From contig JASGHJ010000002.1 of NCBI GenBank assembly GCA_047602405.1, positions 2,976,001 to 3,040,000 of the forward strand: a stretch of DNA of 64,000 nucleotides, read 5' to 3'. Position 1 is the stretch's first letter. The number at the start of each line of letters is the position of its first letter. Both the position numbers and the translations under genes were made by a program. Origin of the DNA: Anaeromyxobacteraceae bacterium (GTDB lineage: Bacteria > Myxococcota > Myxococcia > Myxococcales > Anaeromyxobacteraceae). Below the pieces are notes generated by a model that saw nothing but the letters and a program-made list of their open reading frames with translations, made no database searches and had not been told where the DNA came from. Below are positions 31,848 to 41,345 of the stretch, in pieces.

Positions 31848-33971
31848 ATGGCCACCCGAAGCTCGCTCGCCCGGAAGCTCCTCTGGACCCTCGCCGGCCT
31901 CGTCGGCCTCGTCGTCGTCCTCGTCGCCGCGGTCCTCCTCCTCCTCGACTCGGACGCGGTCGCGAAGCGCGCCGTCGACCTCGTCATGCCGAAGGTCTCG
32001 GCCGCGCTCGGCCGCGAGGTGAAGCTCGCGCGGGCGAAGCTCGACCTCTTCCCCGAGACGCGGGTGGCGCTCGAGGGCTTCTCGGTGGCCGGCCGGCCGG
32101 GCGAGCCGGAGCTCGTCACGCTCGACGCGCTCCGCCTCGAGCTCGCGCTGTGGCCGCTCGTGCGCTCGCTCGGCAAGGAGCTCGAGATCCGCGAGATCGT
32201 CCTCGCCCGGCCGACGATCGCGCTCGTGAAGGGCAAGGACGGCACCTGGAGCTACGAGGGGCTCGGGCAGGGCCCGGGCGCGAAGGCGGAGGAGCCCGCC
32301 ACCGCGCCGTCGTCGGGGGGCGCGGCGCCGGCGGTGGCGGTCCGCACGTTCCGCATCGAGAAGGCCGCCATCAAGGTCGTCGACCGCTCGCAGGGGAAGG
32401 ACGACGCCGGGATCGCGCTCTCCGAGCTCGACCTCGAGGCCCACGAGGTCGGCGTGGGCCTCCCGCTCTCGGCGACGCTCCAGGCCGCGCTCGCCTCGAA
32501 GACCCAGAACCTGCACGCGACCCTCTCCGTCTCGAAGGTGCCGGGCGCGATCCCCGCGCGGCCGGAGGACTGGCCCACCCTCCAGGGCACGCTCGCGATC
32601 GGCCCGCTCGCGCTCGACCGCTTCCGCGCGCTCTTCCCCGCCCATCTCGCGACGCTCGTGCGCGGCGGGACCGTGAAGCTCGACGCGCGCCTGTCGACGC
32701 GCGAGGACCGTGCCTACCGGATCGAGGGCGACGGCCAGCTCGCCGACCTCCGGCTGCGCGGCCAGGCCGCCTCCGGCCGCTTCCGCGCCACCGCGACCTG
32801 GTCCCCGGCGGCGCCGGGCCAGGCGCGGGTCGACCTCGCCGACCTCGCCGTGCGCGGTCCCGGCGTGGACCTCGGCGGCAACGCCTCGGTCGAGACCGAG
32901 CCGATGCGCGCCTGGTTCGTCGTGACCGGGCCGCTGCTCGACCTCGACGCGCTCATGGGCGTGCTGCCCGAGAGCGAGCCCACCCCGCCGCCCGCGCCCG
33001 GCGAGGATCTCGTCCCGGCGAGCACCCGCGGCCAGCTGCGGGAGACGGCGCTCCGCGGCCAGGTGGCCATCCAGGAGGTCCGCTCGGGCGGGCTCACGCT
33101 CACCGACGTGAAGGGCAAGGTGTCGCTCCAGGGCGGCGTCATGACGCTCGACGAGCTCACCGCCGCGCTCTTCGGCGGCCGGGTGGAGGCCTCCGGCACG
33201 AAGGTCGACCTCGGGAAGAAGGAGCCGACCTGGACGCTCGCGGCGAAGCTCGCCGGGCTCGACGTGAAGCAGGCGATGACGGCGTTCTCGCCCGGGAAGG
33301 TCGCCCCGCTCGAGGGCAAGCTCGACGGCACCGTGAGCGTGGCCGGCGCCGGCATCGACTGGGCCGCCATGCGCGACCGGCTCGACGGCTCGACCTCGCT
33401 CGGGATGAAGGAGGGCGCGCTCGTCACGACCGACGTGGGCGACAAGGTGCTGGGCGGCCTCTCGCAGGCGCTCTCGGCGGCCGGCAAGGGCGGCGCCGCG
33501 GAGAAGCTCTCCGGCGCGAAGGGCGGCCGGACCGAGTGGAAGGACCTCGCGGGCGACTTCGCGATCACCGAGGGCGCGCTCGTCGCGAAGAAGCCGGTCG
33601 CGTTCCAGAGCGGCGCCGGCGCGGTGACCCTCGGCGGCAAGATCGGCCTCGACGGCAAGCTCGGCCTCGAGGGGCAGGCCGCGGTGCCGAAGGCGGTCCT
33701 GGGCGCGCGGCTCGAGTCGCTGAAGCTCCCCGCCGCGCTCCCTGCGACGCTCGTGGTCCCCATCGGCCTCGGAGGGACCCTGGGTTCACCCTCCGTCGAG
33801 GTGGACGCCGGGAAGGCGGTGGGGGGGCTCCTGAAGGGACAGGTGGGCGCCGCGAAGGCCGCCGCGACCGAGAAGGCCAAGGAGGAGGCCGCGAAGGCCG
33901 CCGACCAGGCGAAGGGCGCCGCGAAGAAGGCGCTCGGCGGGGCCCTCGATCGTCTGCGCCAGAAGAAGTAG
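31848..33971 (+). CDS. AsmA family protein
   Basis: N-terminal TM anchor, LGREV, LALWPL, PTIALVK..DGTWSY; beta-taco repeats; AsmA-like C-terminus. Confidence 0.85.
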   Translation: MATRSSLARKLLWTLAGLVGLVVVLVAAVLLLLDSDAVAKRAVDLVMPKVSAALGREVKLARAKLDLFPETRVALEGFSVAGRPGEPELVTLDALRLELALWPLVRSLGKELEIREIVLARPTIALVKGKDGTWSYEGLGQGPGAKAEEPATAPSSGGAAPAVAVRTFRIEKAAIKVVDRSQGKDDAGIALSELDLEAHEVGVGLPLSATLQAALASKTQNLHATLSVSKVPGAIPARPEDWPTLQGTLAIGPLALDRFRALFPAHLATLVRGGTVKLDARLSTREDRAYRIEGDGQLADLRLRGQAASGRFRATATWSPAAPGQARVDLADLAVRGPGVDLGGNASVETEPMRAWFVVTGPLLDLDALMGVLPESEPTPPPAPGEDLVPASTRGQLRETALRGQVAIQEVRSGGLTLTDVKGKVSLQGGVMTLDELTAALFGGRVEASGTKVDLGKKEPTWTLAAKLAGLDVKQAMTAFSPGKVAPLEGKLDGTVSVAGAGIDWAAMRDRLDGSTSLGMKEGALVTTDVGDKVLGGLSQALSAAGKGGAAEKLSGAKGGRTEWKDLAGDFAITEGALVAKKPVAFQSGAGAVTLGGKIGLDGKLGLEGQAAVPKAVLGARLESLKLPAALPATLVVPIGLGGTLGSPSVEVDAGKAVGGLLKGQVGAAKAAATEKAKEEAAKAADQAKGAAKKALGGALDRLRQKK

Positions 33972-34113
33972 ACCCGCGGCACGGGGACCCAAGAGGGTGG
34001 TCCCGAGTTGAGGCAGACTAGGGCTCGACCGGTTACCGGTCTCCCTGGTTGAGCGCAGTTCAGTTCACCTGCACCGCTTCACCGGAAGTCCACCCCCCAA
34101 GGAGAGCCATCGC

Positions 34114-34626
34114 ATGCGCAAGCTTCTCGTCGTCGCCGCCGTCGCCTTCTTCGCCGTCCCCGCGTTCGCCCAGGTCAAGGGCGCTGGGAAGTACGGCACC
34201 GCCGGCTGCGGCCTCGGCTCGATGATCTTCGCCGACCAGCCCGGCATGGTGCAGATCTTCGCGGCCACCACGAACGGCACGTTCGCCAACCAGACCTTCG
34301 GCATCACCTCCGGCACGCTGAACTGCGGCTCCGGCATGATGGCGATGGGCACGAAGAACTTCGTCGACGCGAACCGCGAGGCCCTCGCGAAGGACATCTC
34401 CCGCGGTCAGGGCGAGGCCATCGGCGCGCTCACCGTGATCAACGCGTGCGAGGACTCCTCGAAGGTCGGGGCGGCCCTCCAGGCGCAGTTCAAGTCGATC
34501 TTCCCGACGGCGCAGGCGACCAACGACGAGGTCACCGCGGCCATCCTGAAGACGCTGACCGATCCGGCCGTCGGCTGCGGCAAGATCTCGATCTCGGGCG
34601 GCTCGACGCCACCTTCGTGGTACTGA
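34114..34626 (+). CDS. DUF3015 family exported protein
   Basis: YGTAGCGLGS, TNGTFANQTFGITSGTLNC, DISRGQGE. Confidence 0.88.
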   Translation: MRKLLVVAAVAFFAVPAFAQVKGAGKYGTAGCGLGSMIFADQPGMVQIFAATTNGTFANQTFGITSGTLNCGSGMMAMGTKNFVDANREALAKDISRGQGEAIGALTVINACEDSSKVGAALQAQFKSIFPTAQATNDEVTAAILKTLTDPAVGCGKISISGGSTPPSWY

Positions 34627-34635
34627 GGAGCGCGG

Positions 34636-36570
34636 ATGACCCGATCGGTCGCCGCGCTCCTCGTCTTTCTGGCCGCCGCCGTGCCCGCCCTCGCCGGCGC
34701 GGCGCCCGCGGATCCCGCTTACCTCTCCGAGCTCGTCGCGCGCGCGCGCGAGCGGAAGCTCGCCGACGACGTCGGCTGGCTCCGGCTCGGCCACTGGCGC
34801 GCGCGGCCCCTCGGCGGCTGGAAGAGCGAGATCGACGGCCGGGACTTCTTCCTCGCCGCGGACGGCAAGACCGACCCCGCCGCGGAGCTCGAGGCGACGC
34901 TCGCGGGACTCCTCGAGGGGGAAGCCCGGCCGGACGAGCTCTCGAACGCGCGCTGCAGGTTCCCCGGCCGCGAGGCGTTCCTCGCCGCGCGGCTCGGCCT
35001 CGACCCCGCCCGCCTGCCCGAGCGCGCCTGCCCGAGGCGCGACGAGTTCCTCGGGCGCGTCGCCCCGCGCGCCGTCACCTACGTCTTCTCGTCCTACTAC
35101 CTCAACAACCCCGCCTCCGCGTTCGGCCACACGCTGCTGCGGCTCGACCGCACCGGGACCCTCCGGCAGGGCAAGGACGGCGAGCTCCTCGACTACGGCG
35201 TCGACTTCTCCGCGAGCGTCGACACCTCGAACGCGGTCCTCTACGCGGCGAAGGGGCTGCTCGGGCTCTTCCGCGGCGAGTTCAAGGCGTACGCGTACTA
35301 CTACAAGGTCCGCCAGTACGGCGACTACGAGTCCCGCGACCTCTACGAGTACGAGCTCGCGCTCGAGCAAGCCGAGGTGGACCTCCTCGCGAAGCACGTC
35401 TGGGAGCTCGGCGGCACCTTCATCCGCTACTGGTACCTCGACGAGAACTGCGCCTACCACCTCCTCGGCGCGCTCGAGGCGGCCGCACCGCGGCTCGAGC
35501 TCCTGCGCTGGCTGGGCAAGGCGGTGGCCCTCCCGTCCGACACGGTGCAGGCGCTCTTCCACAACCCCGGGCTCGTGCGGCGCGTGCACCACCGGCCCTC
35601 GGTGCGCACGCAGTTCCGGGCCCGCGCCGCGGGGCTGCGCGGCGACGAGCCCGCCCTCGTCGAGGAGCTGGCCCGGAACGCCGCGACGCCGATCCCCGAC
35701 GCGCTGACGCCCGACCGCAGGGCCGCCGTGCTCGACGCCGCCGCCGACCTCCTCGACCTCAGGAACGCCCGCGCCGTGCTCGCCGGCACCGACCGGAAGG
35801 TCCTCGACGCCCGCCAGCTCCTCCTCACCCGGCGCGCCGAGGTGCTCGCGCCGAGCCCGCCGCTCGTCCTGCCCGACTCGTCGCTCCGCCGCCCGGAGGC
35901 CGGGCACCGCTCCGTCCGCGCGGGGCTCGGCGGCGGCGTCACCGACGCCCGCGGCGGCTACGCCTCGCTCGACCTCCGCCTCGCGCTCCACGACCTCGCC
36001 GACCCCCCCGACGGCTACCCGCCCTCGGCGCAGATCGAGTTCCTCCCGGTCCGGCTGCGCTTCTACCCCGACGGCCGGCGGGTCGAGCTCGACGACGCCT
36101 CGATCGTGCGCGTCTACGCCGTGAACCCGCTCGACCGCTTCGACCTCCGGCCGTCCTGGCGCATGCGCGCCGGCGCCACGACCCTGCGCGACGGCGGCTG
36201 CAAGGGCTGCCTCGTGGGCGCGGTCGAGTTCGGGGCGGGGCCGGCGGTGACCGACGTGCTCGGCTTCGCCGACGCAATCCTCCTCGCCGACACGGAGGTG
36301 CTCTCCGGGCCCGGGCTGGCCGGGATCCGCGACGCGCCGGTGCGGGCCGGGCTCGGGCCCACCGGGATCCTGCGCCTGCGGGCGGGCGCGCGCGCGACCT
36401 TCCTCGCCGAGGCGCGCTGGCAGTGGCTCCCCGAGGCCACGCCGCGCACGACCCACTCGCTCGCGGGCACGCTGCGCCTCCACCTGGGCCGCGACCTCTC
36501 GCTCGCGATCGAGGCGCGGAAGACCCCGGGCGACCGGGAGCTCGGCGGGGCGGTGCTGGGGTACTTCTGA
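34636..36570 (+). CDS. DUF4105 (Lnb-like) protein: permuted papain-like His/Cys domain plus C-terminal beta-barrel
   Basis: NNPASAFGHTLLR, ESRDLYEYEL, YWYLDENCAY; ends GAVLGYF. Confidence 0.88.
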   Translation: MTRSVAALLVFLAAAVPALAGAAPADPAYLSELVARARERKLADDVGWLRLGHWRARPLGGWKSEIDGRDFFLAADGKTDPAAELEATLAGLLEGEARPDELSNARCRFPGREAFLAARLGLDPARLPERACPRRDEFLGRVAPRAVTYVFSSYYLNNPASAFGHTLLRLDRTGTLRQGKDGELLDYGVDFSASVDTSNAVLYAAKGLLGLFRGEFKAYAYYYKVRQYGDYESRDLYEYELALEQAEVDLLAKHVWELGGTFIRYWYLDENCAYHLLGALEAAAPRLELLRWLGKAVALPSDTVQALFHNPGLVRRVHHRPSVRTQFRARAAGLRGDEPALVEELARNAATPIPDALTPDRRAAVLDAAADLLDLRNARAVLAGTDRKVLDARQLLLTRRAEVLAPSPPLVLPDSSLRRPEAGHRSVRAGLGGGVTDARGGYASLDLRLALHDLADPPDGYPPSAQIEFLPVRLRFYPDGRRVELDDASIVRVYAVNPLDRFDLRPSWRMRAGATTLRDGGCKGCLVGAVEFGAGPAVTDVLGFADAILLADTEVLSGPGLAGIRDAPVRAGLGPTGILRLRAGARATFLAEARWQWLPEATPRTTHSLAGTLRLHLGRDLSLAIEARKTPGDRELGGAVLGYF

Positions 36571-36575
36571 GACGA

Positions 36576-36603
36576 GAACGGCCGCCCCTCGGGGCGGCCG
36601 TTC
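36576..36603. terminator. Perfect hairpin between convergent genes
   Basis: GAACGGCCGCCCC-tc-GGGGCGGCCGTTC. Confidence 0.7.
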
Positions 36604-36604
36604 G

Positions 36605-36640
36605 GTGCAGCGACGCTGTGCAGCGACTCCGTGCAGCGAC
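36605..36640. repeat. GTGCAGCGAC x3, 13-bp period
   Basis: Copies start at 36605, 36618 and 36631. Confidence 0.75.
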
Positions 36641-36656
36641 GACCAGCGGACGGCGG

Positions 36657-36914
36657 CTACGTCGTCTTCTTCTCGTCCTTCTTGTCGCCGTGGTGGCCGC
36701 ACTTGCAGCCGGCGCCGCACTTGCACTCCTTGCCCGCGGACTTGCAGCCGCAGTCGGCCGGCTTCGCCTTGTCGTCCTTCTTGTCCTTCTCGTTCTCGGC
36801 CATCTGCTTCTTGTGGGCCGGGCAGTTCTTGCAGCCTTCCTCCTCACCGGCGAAGGCGGGGGCGGCGGCGACGAGGGCGAAGGCGGCGAGGAACGCGAGG
36901 GCGAGCTTCTGCAT
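36657..36914 (-). CDS. Small exported Cys/His/Lys-rich metallothionein-like protein
   Basis: Signal peptide ending APAFA; CKNC, CGC, CKCGAGCKCGHH; AGGAG RBS. Confidence 0.75.
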   Translation of the reverse strand: MQKLALAFLAAFALVAAAPAFAGEEEGCKNCPAHKKQMAENEKDKKDDKAKPADCGCKSAGKECKCGAGCKCGHHGDKKDEKKTT

Positions 36915-37059
36915 GGGCGGTTCTCCTTCGGAGGCGCCCGGGAGGCGCCGACGGGTGGAACGGGAAGCCTAGGCGGACCTCGTGCTGCGGGTCAACCGGG
37001 CGCCCGCCATCTCTGGGTCCCCCCGGCGAGGGAGCGATGTGCCTACATTCCCACCCCGC

Positions 37060-38248
37060 ATGCCCGACCTCGATCCCGACCGCCTCCTCGCGCTGCTCCG
37101 CGACCCGCACACGGAGAGCCTCGAGATCGCGAAGCTCGCCGGCGTCCCGCGCGAGGAGGCGGGGCGCGCCTCGCGGCTCCTCGCGCAGCTCACCCGCGCG
37201 AAGCCCGACGAGGTCGCGTCCTTGCCGGGCCCGCTCGCCGCCGCACTCGGCCGCGCCGCCGCCTCCGCGGGCCGGGCCGACGTGCTCGCCGCCCTCGCCG
37301 GCCACGCCGCGAAGGAGGTCGCGAAGGAGGCGAAGCGCGGCCTCCACCTCCTGAGGACGCGGGGCGTGCAGGTGCCGGAGCTCCCCGCGCCCGCGACGCC
37401 CGCCCCCGCCCCGGCCCCCGCGGAGCCGCCGCCGCCCGGCCTCGCGTCGGCGCCGGATGGCCACGGCGAGCGCGGGCTGTGGCTCCTCAGGCCCGTGCCG
37501 GGCAAGGGCTACGAGATCGCGCAGGCGGTCGTCTCCGACGTGCTCGGGCTCGTCGAGCTCTCGGTGGGCGTCCTCTCGAAGAAGGAGTGGCGCGCCTTCG
37601 CGGCGGGCCTGAAGGAGCGCGGCGCCGGCATGGCGATCTGCGAGCTCCCCGCAGGCCGGGTCCAGGCGCTCCTCCAGGCGGCGCGGGCGCTCAACGACGC
37701 CTCCGGGCAGCGGCTCCCGGAGGGCGCGGACCTCTGGCTGTCGCGGCTCGGCCCCGCGCCGGCGGCGCCCGAGGAGCCGCCGCGCCCGGCGCTCGCGCCG
37801 CTCCCGCCCGACGAGGAGGCCCGGGCGCTCGCGGCCTCCGGCGACCTGCACGCGACGCCGATGTTCCGGGGCTGGCTCGCCGACGAGGCGCACCTGCGCG
37901 CGGTCGCGGCCCGGCTCGACGAGGTCGCGGTCTCGCAGCTGTACGTGGACGAGCGCCAGCGCGCCGAGCAGGCCGACCGGATCGTCGCCGAGGCGGCGGA
38001 GGCCTGGCTCGAATCCGGCCGCTCGCGCGCGGCTCGCCTCGCGCCTCGCGGCCGCGGCCGAGCTCCTCGACCGCACGGGCGACGCGGCGCGCGCCGCGGT
38101 CGCCGCCGCCGTCGCGCGGGCGGCGGAGGCGGGCCGGCCCGCGGCGGCCGTCCCGTTCCTCCGGGCGCTCGTCGAGAAGGCCTTCCCGGCCCGTCCCCCG
38201 AGGGCCCGGGCGCGGCGCCGGGCCGAATTGACCCAGGCATCACGCTGA
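37060..38248 (+). CDS. Conserved hypothetical alpha-helical protein; +1 frameshift at 38012-38013
   Basis: Removing one A gives WLDPAARARLASRLAAAAELL...VPFLRALVEKAF to TGA 38246-38248 with normal codon bias. Confidence 0.75.
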
Positions 38249-38253
38249 GATAG

Positions 38254-38688
38254 GTGAAGCGGCTCATGCCGCCTCCGCCGGGCCCATCCCCGACCGTCGA
38301 CGTCGTCATCCTGCTCCCCGGCGACCGCGTCGTGCTCGTCGAGCGGAAGTACCCGCCGCCGGGGTGGGCGCTGCCGGGCGGCTTCGTCGAGATCGGCGAG
38401 ACGTGCGAGGCCGCCGCGGTGCGGGAGGCGAAGGAAGAGACCGGCCTCGACGTGACCCTCGTCGACTTCGTCGGGCTCTACTCCGACCCCCGGCGCGACC
38501 CGCGCCACCACACGGTCGGCGCCGTCTACCTCGGCCGGGCCGACGGCGAGCCCGCCGGCGGCGACGACGCGGCCCAGGCGCGCGCCTTCCGCTGGGACGC
38601 CCTGCCCGGCCCCATCGCCTTCGACCACGCCGAGATCCTCCGCGACGCGCGCAGGCTCGTGCTCACCGGCGCACGCAGGCTCCCGTGA
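38254..38688 (+). CDS. NUDIX hydrolase (start may be ATG 38266)
   Basis: GGFVEIGETCEAAAVREAKEETG; YSDPRRDPR; AGGDDA; FDH. Confidence 0.93.
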   Translation: MKRLMPPPPGPSPTVDVVILLPGDRVVLVERKYPPPGWALPGGFVEIGETCEAAAVREAKEETGLDVTLVDFVGLYSDPRRDPRHHTVGAVYLGRADGEPAGGDDAAQARAFRWDALPGPIAFDHAEILRDARRLVLTGARRLP

Positions 38689-39245
38689 CCGCGCTCGGCC
38701 CCGACGACCGCGCGGCGCTCCTCGGCATCGCCCGGGCCGCCGTCCTCGCGCACCTCGGCCGCGGGTCCGCGGCCGCACCTCCCGCGTCGGGGCCGCTCTC
38801 CGAGCCCCGCGCCGCGTTCGTCTCGGTCCACGTCGCGGGCGACCTGCGCGGCTGCATCGGCACCTTCGCGGCCGATCGCCCGCTCGCCGAGACCGTGGCG
38901 CGCGTCGCCGTGCAGGCCGCGAGCGAGGACCCGCGCTTCCGGCCGCTCGCGGCCGCCGACCTCGACGGGCTCGTGGTGAGCGTCTCGGCGCTCGGCCCGC
39001 CGCGGCCGGTGCCCGCCGTCGAGGACCGCCCTGCGCTGCGCGTCGGCGAGCAGGGCCTGCTCGTCCGCCGCGGCTGGCACCGCGGCGCGCTCCTGCCGAA
39101 GGTCGCGGTGGAGCAGGGCTGGACCGCGAAGGAGTTCCTGAAGCACGCCTGCCTCAAGGCGGGGCTGCACGCCCGCGCCTGGGAGGAGGCCGAGACGGAG
39201 GTGCTCGTGTTCGAGGCGGAGGAGTTCTCGGAGGGGGCGGCGTGA
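38685..39245 (+). CDS. AmmeMemoRadiSam system protein A (AMMECR1 family)
   Basis: AAFVSV...LRGCIG, EDPRF, GALLPKVA, CLKAG. Confidence 0.92.
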   Translation: MTALGPDDRAALLGIARAAVLAHLGRGSAAAPPASGPLSEPRAAFVSVHVAGDLRGCIGTFAADRPLAETVARVAVQAASEDPRFRPLAAADLDGLVVSVSALGPPRPVPAVEDRPALRVGEQGLLVRRGWHRGALLPKVAVEQGWTAKEFLKHACLKAGLHARAWEEAETEVLVFEAEEFSEGAA

Positions 39246-40297
39246 GCACGGCCCTCGCCATCGTCGCGGCGGTCCTGGGCGTGTCGCTGCTCATCGTGGT
39301 GCACGAGCTCGGGCACCACCTCGCGGCCCTGCGCTCCGGCATGCGGGTCGAGCGCTTCAGCGTGGGCTTCGGGCCGGTCGTGACGTCCTTCCGGCGCTGG
39401 GGCACCGAGTTCGCCATCTCGGCCCTGCCGCTCGGCGGCTACGTGAAGATCGCCGGCATGGCGCCGGGCGACGAGGTCGCCCCGGACGACCCCGCCTCCT
39501 ACGCGAACCAGCCCGCGTGGCGGCGCTTCGGCGTCATCCTCGCCGGGCCCGCCATGAACTACGTCACCGCGGTGGTGCTCGCCGCGGTGCTGCTCGCGAC
39601 CATCGGCCTGCGCGGGCCGGACGCCTCCGCCCGGGTGGGCACGGTGCTCGCCGGCTGGCCGGCGGCCGAGGCGGGCCTGAAGACCGACGACCGGATCCTC
39701 TCCGTCGACGGCGCGCCGGTCGCCGACTGGGCCGCGCTCGTAGCGCGGTTCCAGGGGAGCCCGGGGCGGCCGCTCACCCTCGAGATCGAGCGCGGCGAGG
39801 GCGCCGCCGCGACCCGCACCACCGTCGTCCTCACCCCGCGGGACGTGAAGGGGCGAGGCCGGGTGGGCGTGGGCCAGGGGGCGGCGCTGCAGCGGGAGGC
39901 CGGCCTCGCCGCCGTGACGTCCGCCTTCGCCCGCACGAACGCCTTCGCGCTCGCCCAGCTCGCCGCCTTCGGCGCGATCTTCAAGGGCGCGCAGGGCGCC
40001 GAGCTCTCCGGGCCCATCGGGATCGCGCAGCAGCTCGTCTCGGGCGCCCGCGACGGCGCCGCGCCGTTCATGGCGCTCGTCTGGCAAATCTCGATCGTGC
40101 TCGCGATCCTCAACCTGCTCCCGGTCCCCGCCCTCGACGGCGGGCGGCTCGTGTTCCTGCTCATCGAGATGGTGACGCGCCGCCGGGTGAACGAGCGGGT
40201 CGAGAGCGTCGTGCACTTCGTCGGGTTCGTGCTCCTCGTCGCGCTGCTCCTCGGCGTGACGGTGTTCGGCGATCTCGCGCGCCTGCTCGGGAGGTAA
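39242..40297 (+). CDS. rseP: RseP-type site-2 zinc metalloprotease with PDZ domain
   Basis: HELGH, FSVGFG, PLGGYVK, AGPAMN, LNLLPVPALDGGR. Confidence 0.92.
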   Translation: MSTALAIVAAVLGVSLLIVVHELGHHLAALRSGMRVERFSVGFGPVVTSFRRWGTEFAISALPLGGYVKIAGMAPGDEVAPDDPASYANQPAWRRFGVILAGPAMNYVTAVVLAAVLLATIGLRGPDASARVGTVLAGWPAAEAGLKTDDRILSVDGAPVADWAALVARFQGSPGRPLTLEIERGEGAAATRTTVVLTPRDVKGRGRVGVGQGAALQREAGLAAVTSAFARTNAFALAQLAAFGAIFKGAQGAELSGPIGIAQQLVSGARDGAAPFMALVWQISIVLAILNLLPVPALDGGRLVFLLIEMVTRRRVNERVESVVHFVGFVLLVALLLGVTVFGDLARLLGR

Positions 40298-40303
40298 GCC
40301 GCC

Positions 40304-40957
40304 GTGGCCGTCACCATCCTCTACTTCGCCGCCGCCCGCGAGGCCGCCGGCATGGCCCGCGAATCCCTCGCGCCCGCGCCGGCCACGGTCGGCGCGCTCC
40401 GGGCCGCCCTCGCGGCGGCGCACCCGCCGCTCGCGCGGATCCTGCCGCGCTGCCGCATCGCGGTGGACCAGGCGTTCGCCGCCGACGACGCCCCGCTCCG
40501 GGACGGCGCCGAGGTCGCGCTCGTCCCGCCGGTGGCCGGCGGCGCGCCCGTGTTCCGGGTCGTGGACCGCCCGCTCCTGCTCTCCGAGGTCGTCGACGCC
40601 GTCTCGGGCGTGGGGCTCGGCGGCATCGTGACCTTCACCGGCACCGTGCGGAACCACGCCCACGGCCGCAAGGTGCTGCGCCTCGAGTACGAGGCCTATG
40701 CCGAGATGGCCGAGCGGACGCTCGCCGGCATCGGCGCCGACGTCGCGAAGGAGCACGGCGCCGAGGTCGCGATCGTCCACCGGGTCGGGGTCCTCGAGCC
40801 CGGCGAGGCGGCGGTGGTCATCGCCGCCGCCGCGGCCCACCGCGGGCCCGCCTTCCGGGCCTGCGAGGCCTGCATCGAAAAGCTCAAGGCCGACGCCCCC
40901 ATCTGGAAGCGCGAGGTCTACGAGGACGGCACCGAGTGGGTGGGGCTGGGGCCGTAG
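40304..40957 (+). CDS. Fused molybdopterin synthase MoaD-MoaE (MoaX-type)
   Basis: ILYFAAARE...VALVPPVAGG then GGIVTFTGTVR, LEYEAY, HRVG, APIWKRE in one ORF. Confidence 0.93.
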   Translation: MAVTILYFAAAREAAGMARESLAPAPATVGALRAALAAAHPPLARILPRCRIAVDQAFAADDAPLRDGAEVALVPPVAGGAPVFRVVDRPLLLSEVVDAVSGVGLGGIVTFTGTVRNHAHGRKVLRLEYEAYAEMAERTLAGIGADVAKEHGAEVAIVHRVGVLEPGEAAVVIAAAAAHRGPAFRACEACIEKLKADAPIWKREVYEDGTEWVGLGP

Positions 40958-40982
40958 TGCTAGGCTGGGCCCCGGCTCCCCC

Positions 40983-41345
40983 ATGAAGGTCCTCATCGCC
41001 GACGACGACCGCCTCATCCGCGCCATGGTCTCCGACCTGCTCACGGAGCTGGGCCACGCGTTCGTGGTCGCCGAGAACGGCAACGAGGCCGTGGCGCTCG
41101 CCGCCCGCGAGGCGCCGGACGTGCTGGTCCTCGACTTCCTGATGCCCCGGCTCTCCGGCCTCGACGCCCTGAAGGCGATCCGCGCGGCCGGCAACACCGC
41201 ACCCGCGATCCTGCTCTCCGCCATCAGCGACGCCTCGGTGCGGGCGGTCGAGGGCGCGGCGCAGGTGGAGGTCGTCCTCGAGAAGCCCGTGACGAAGAAG
41301 GCGCTCGAGCGCGCCCTCTCCCGCGTGAAGGGGGAGGCCCGGTGA
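40983..41345 (+). CDS. Single-domain response regulator
   Basis: VLIADDD, LDFLMPRLSG, LEKP. Confidence 0.9.
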   Translation: MKVLIADDDRLIRAMVSDLLTELGHAFVVAENGNEAVALAAREAPDVLVLDFLMPRLSGLDALKAIRAAGNTAPAILLSAISDASVRAVEGAAQVEVVLEKPVTKKALERALSRVKGEAR

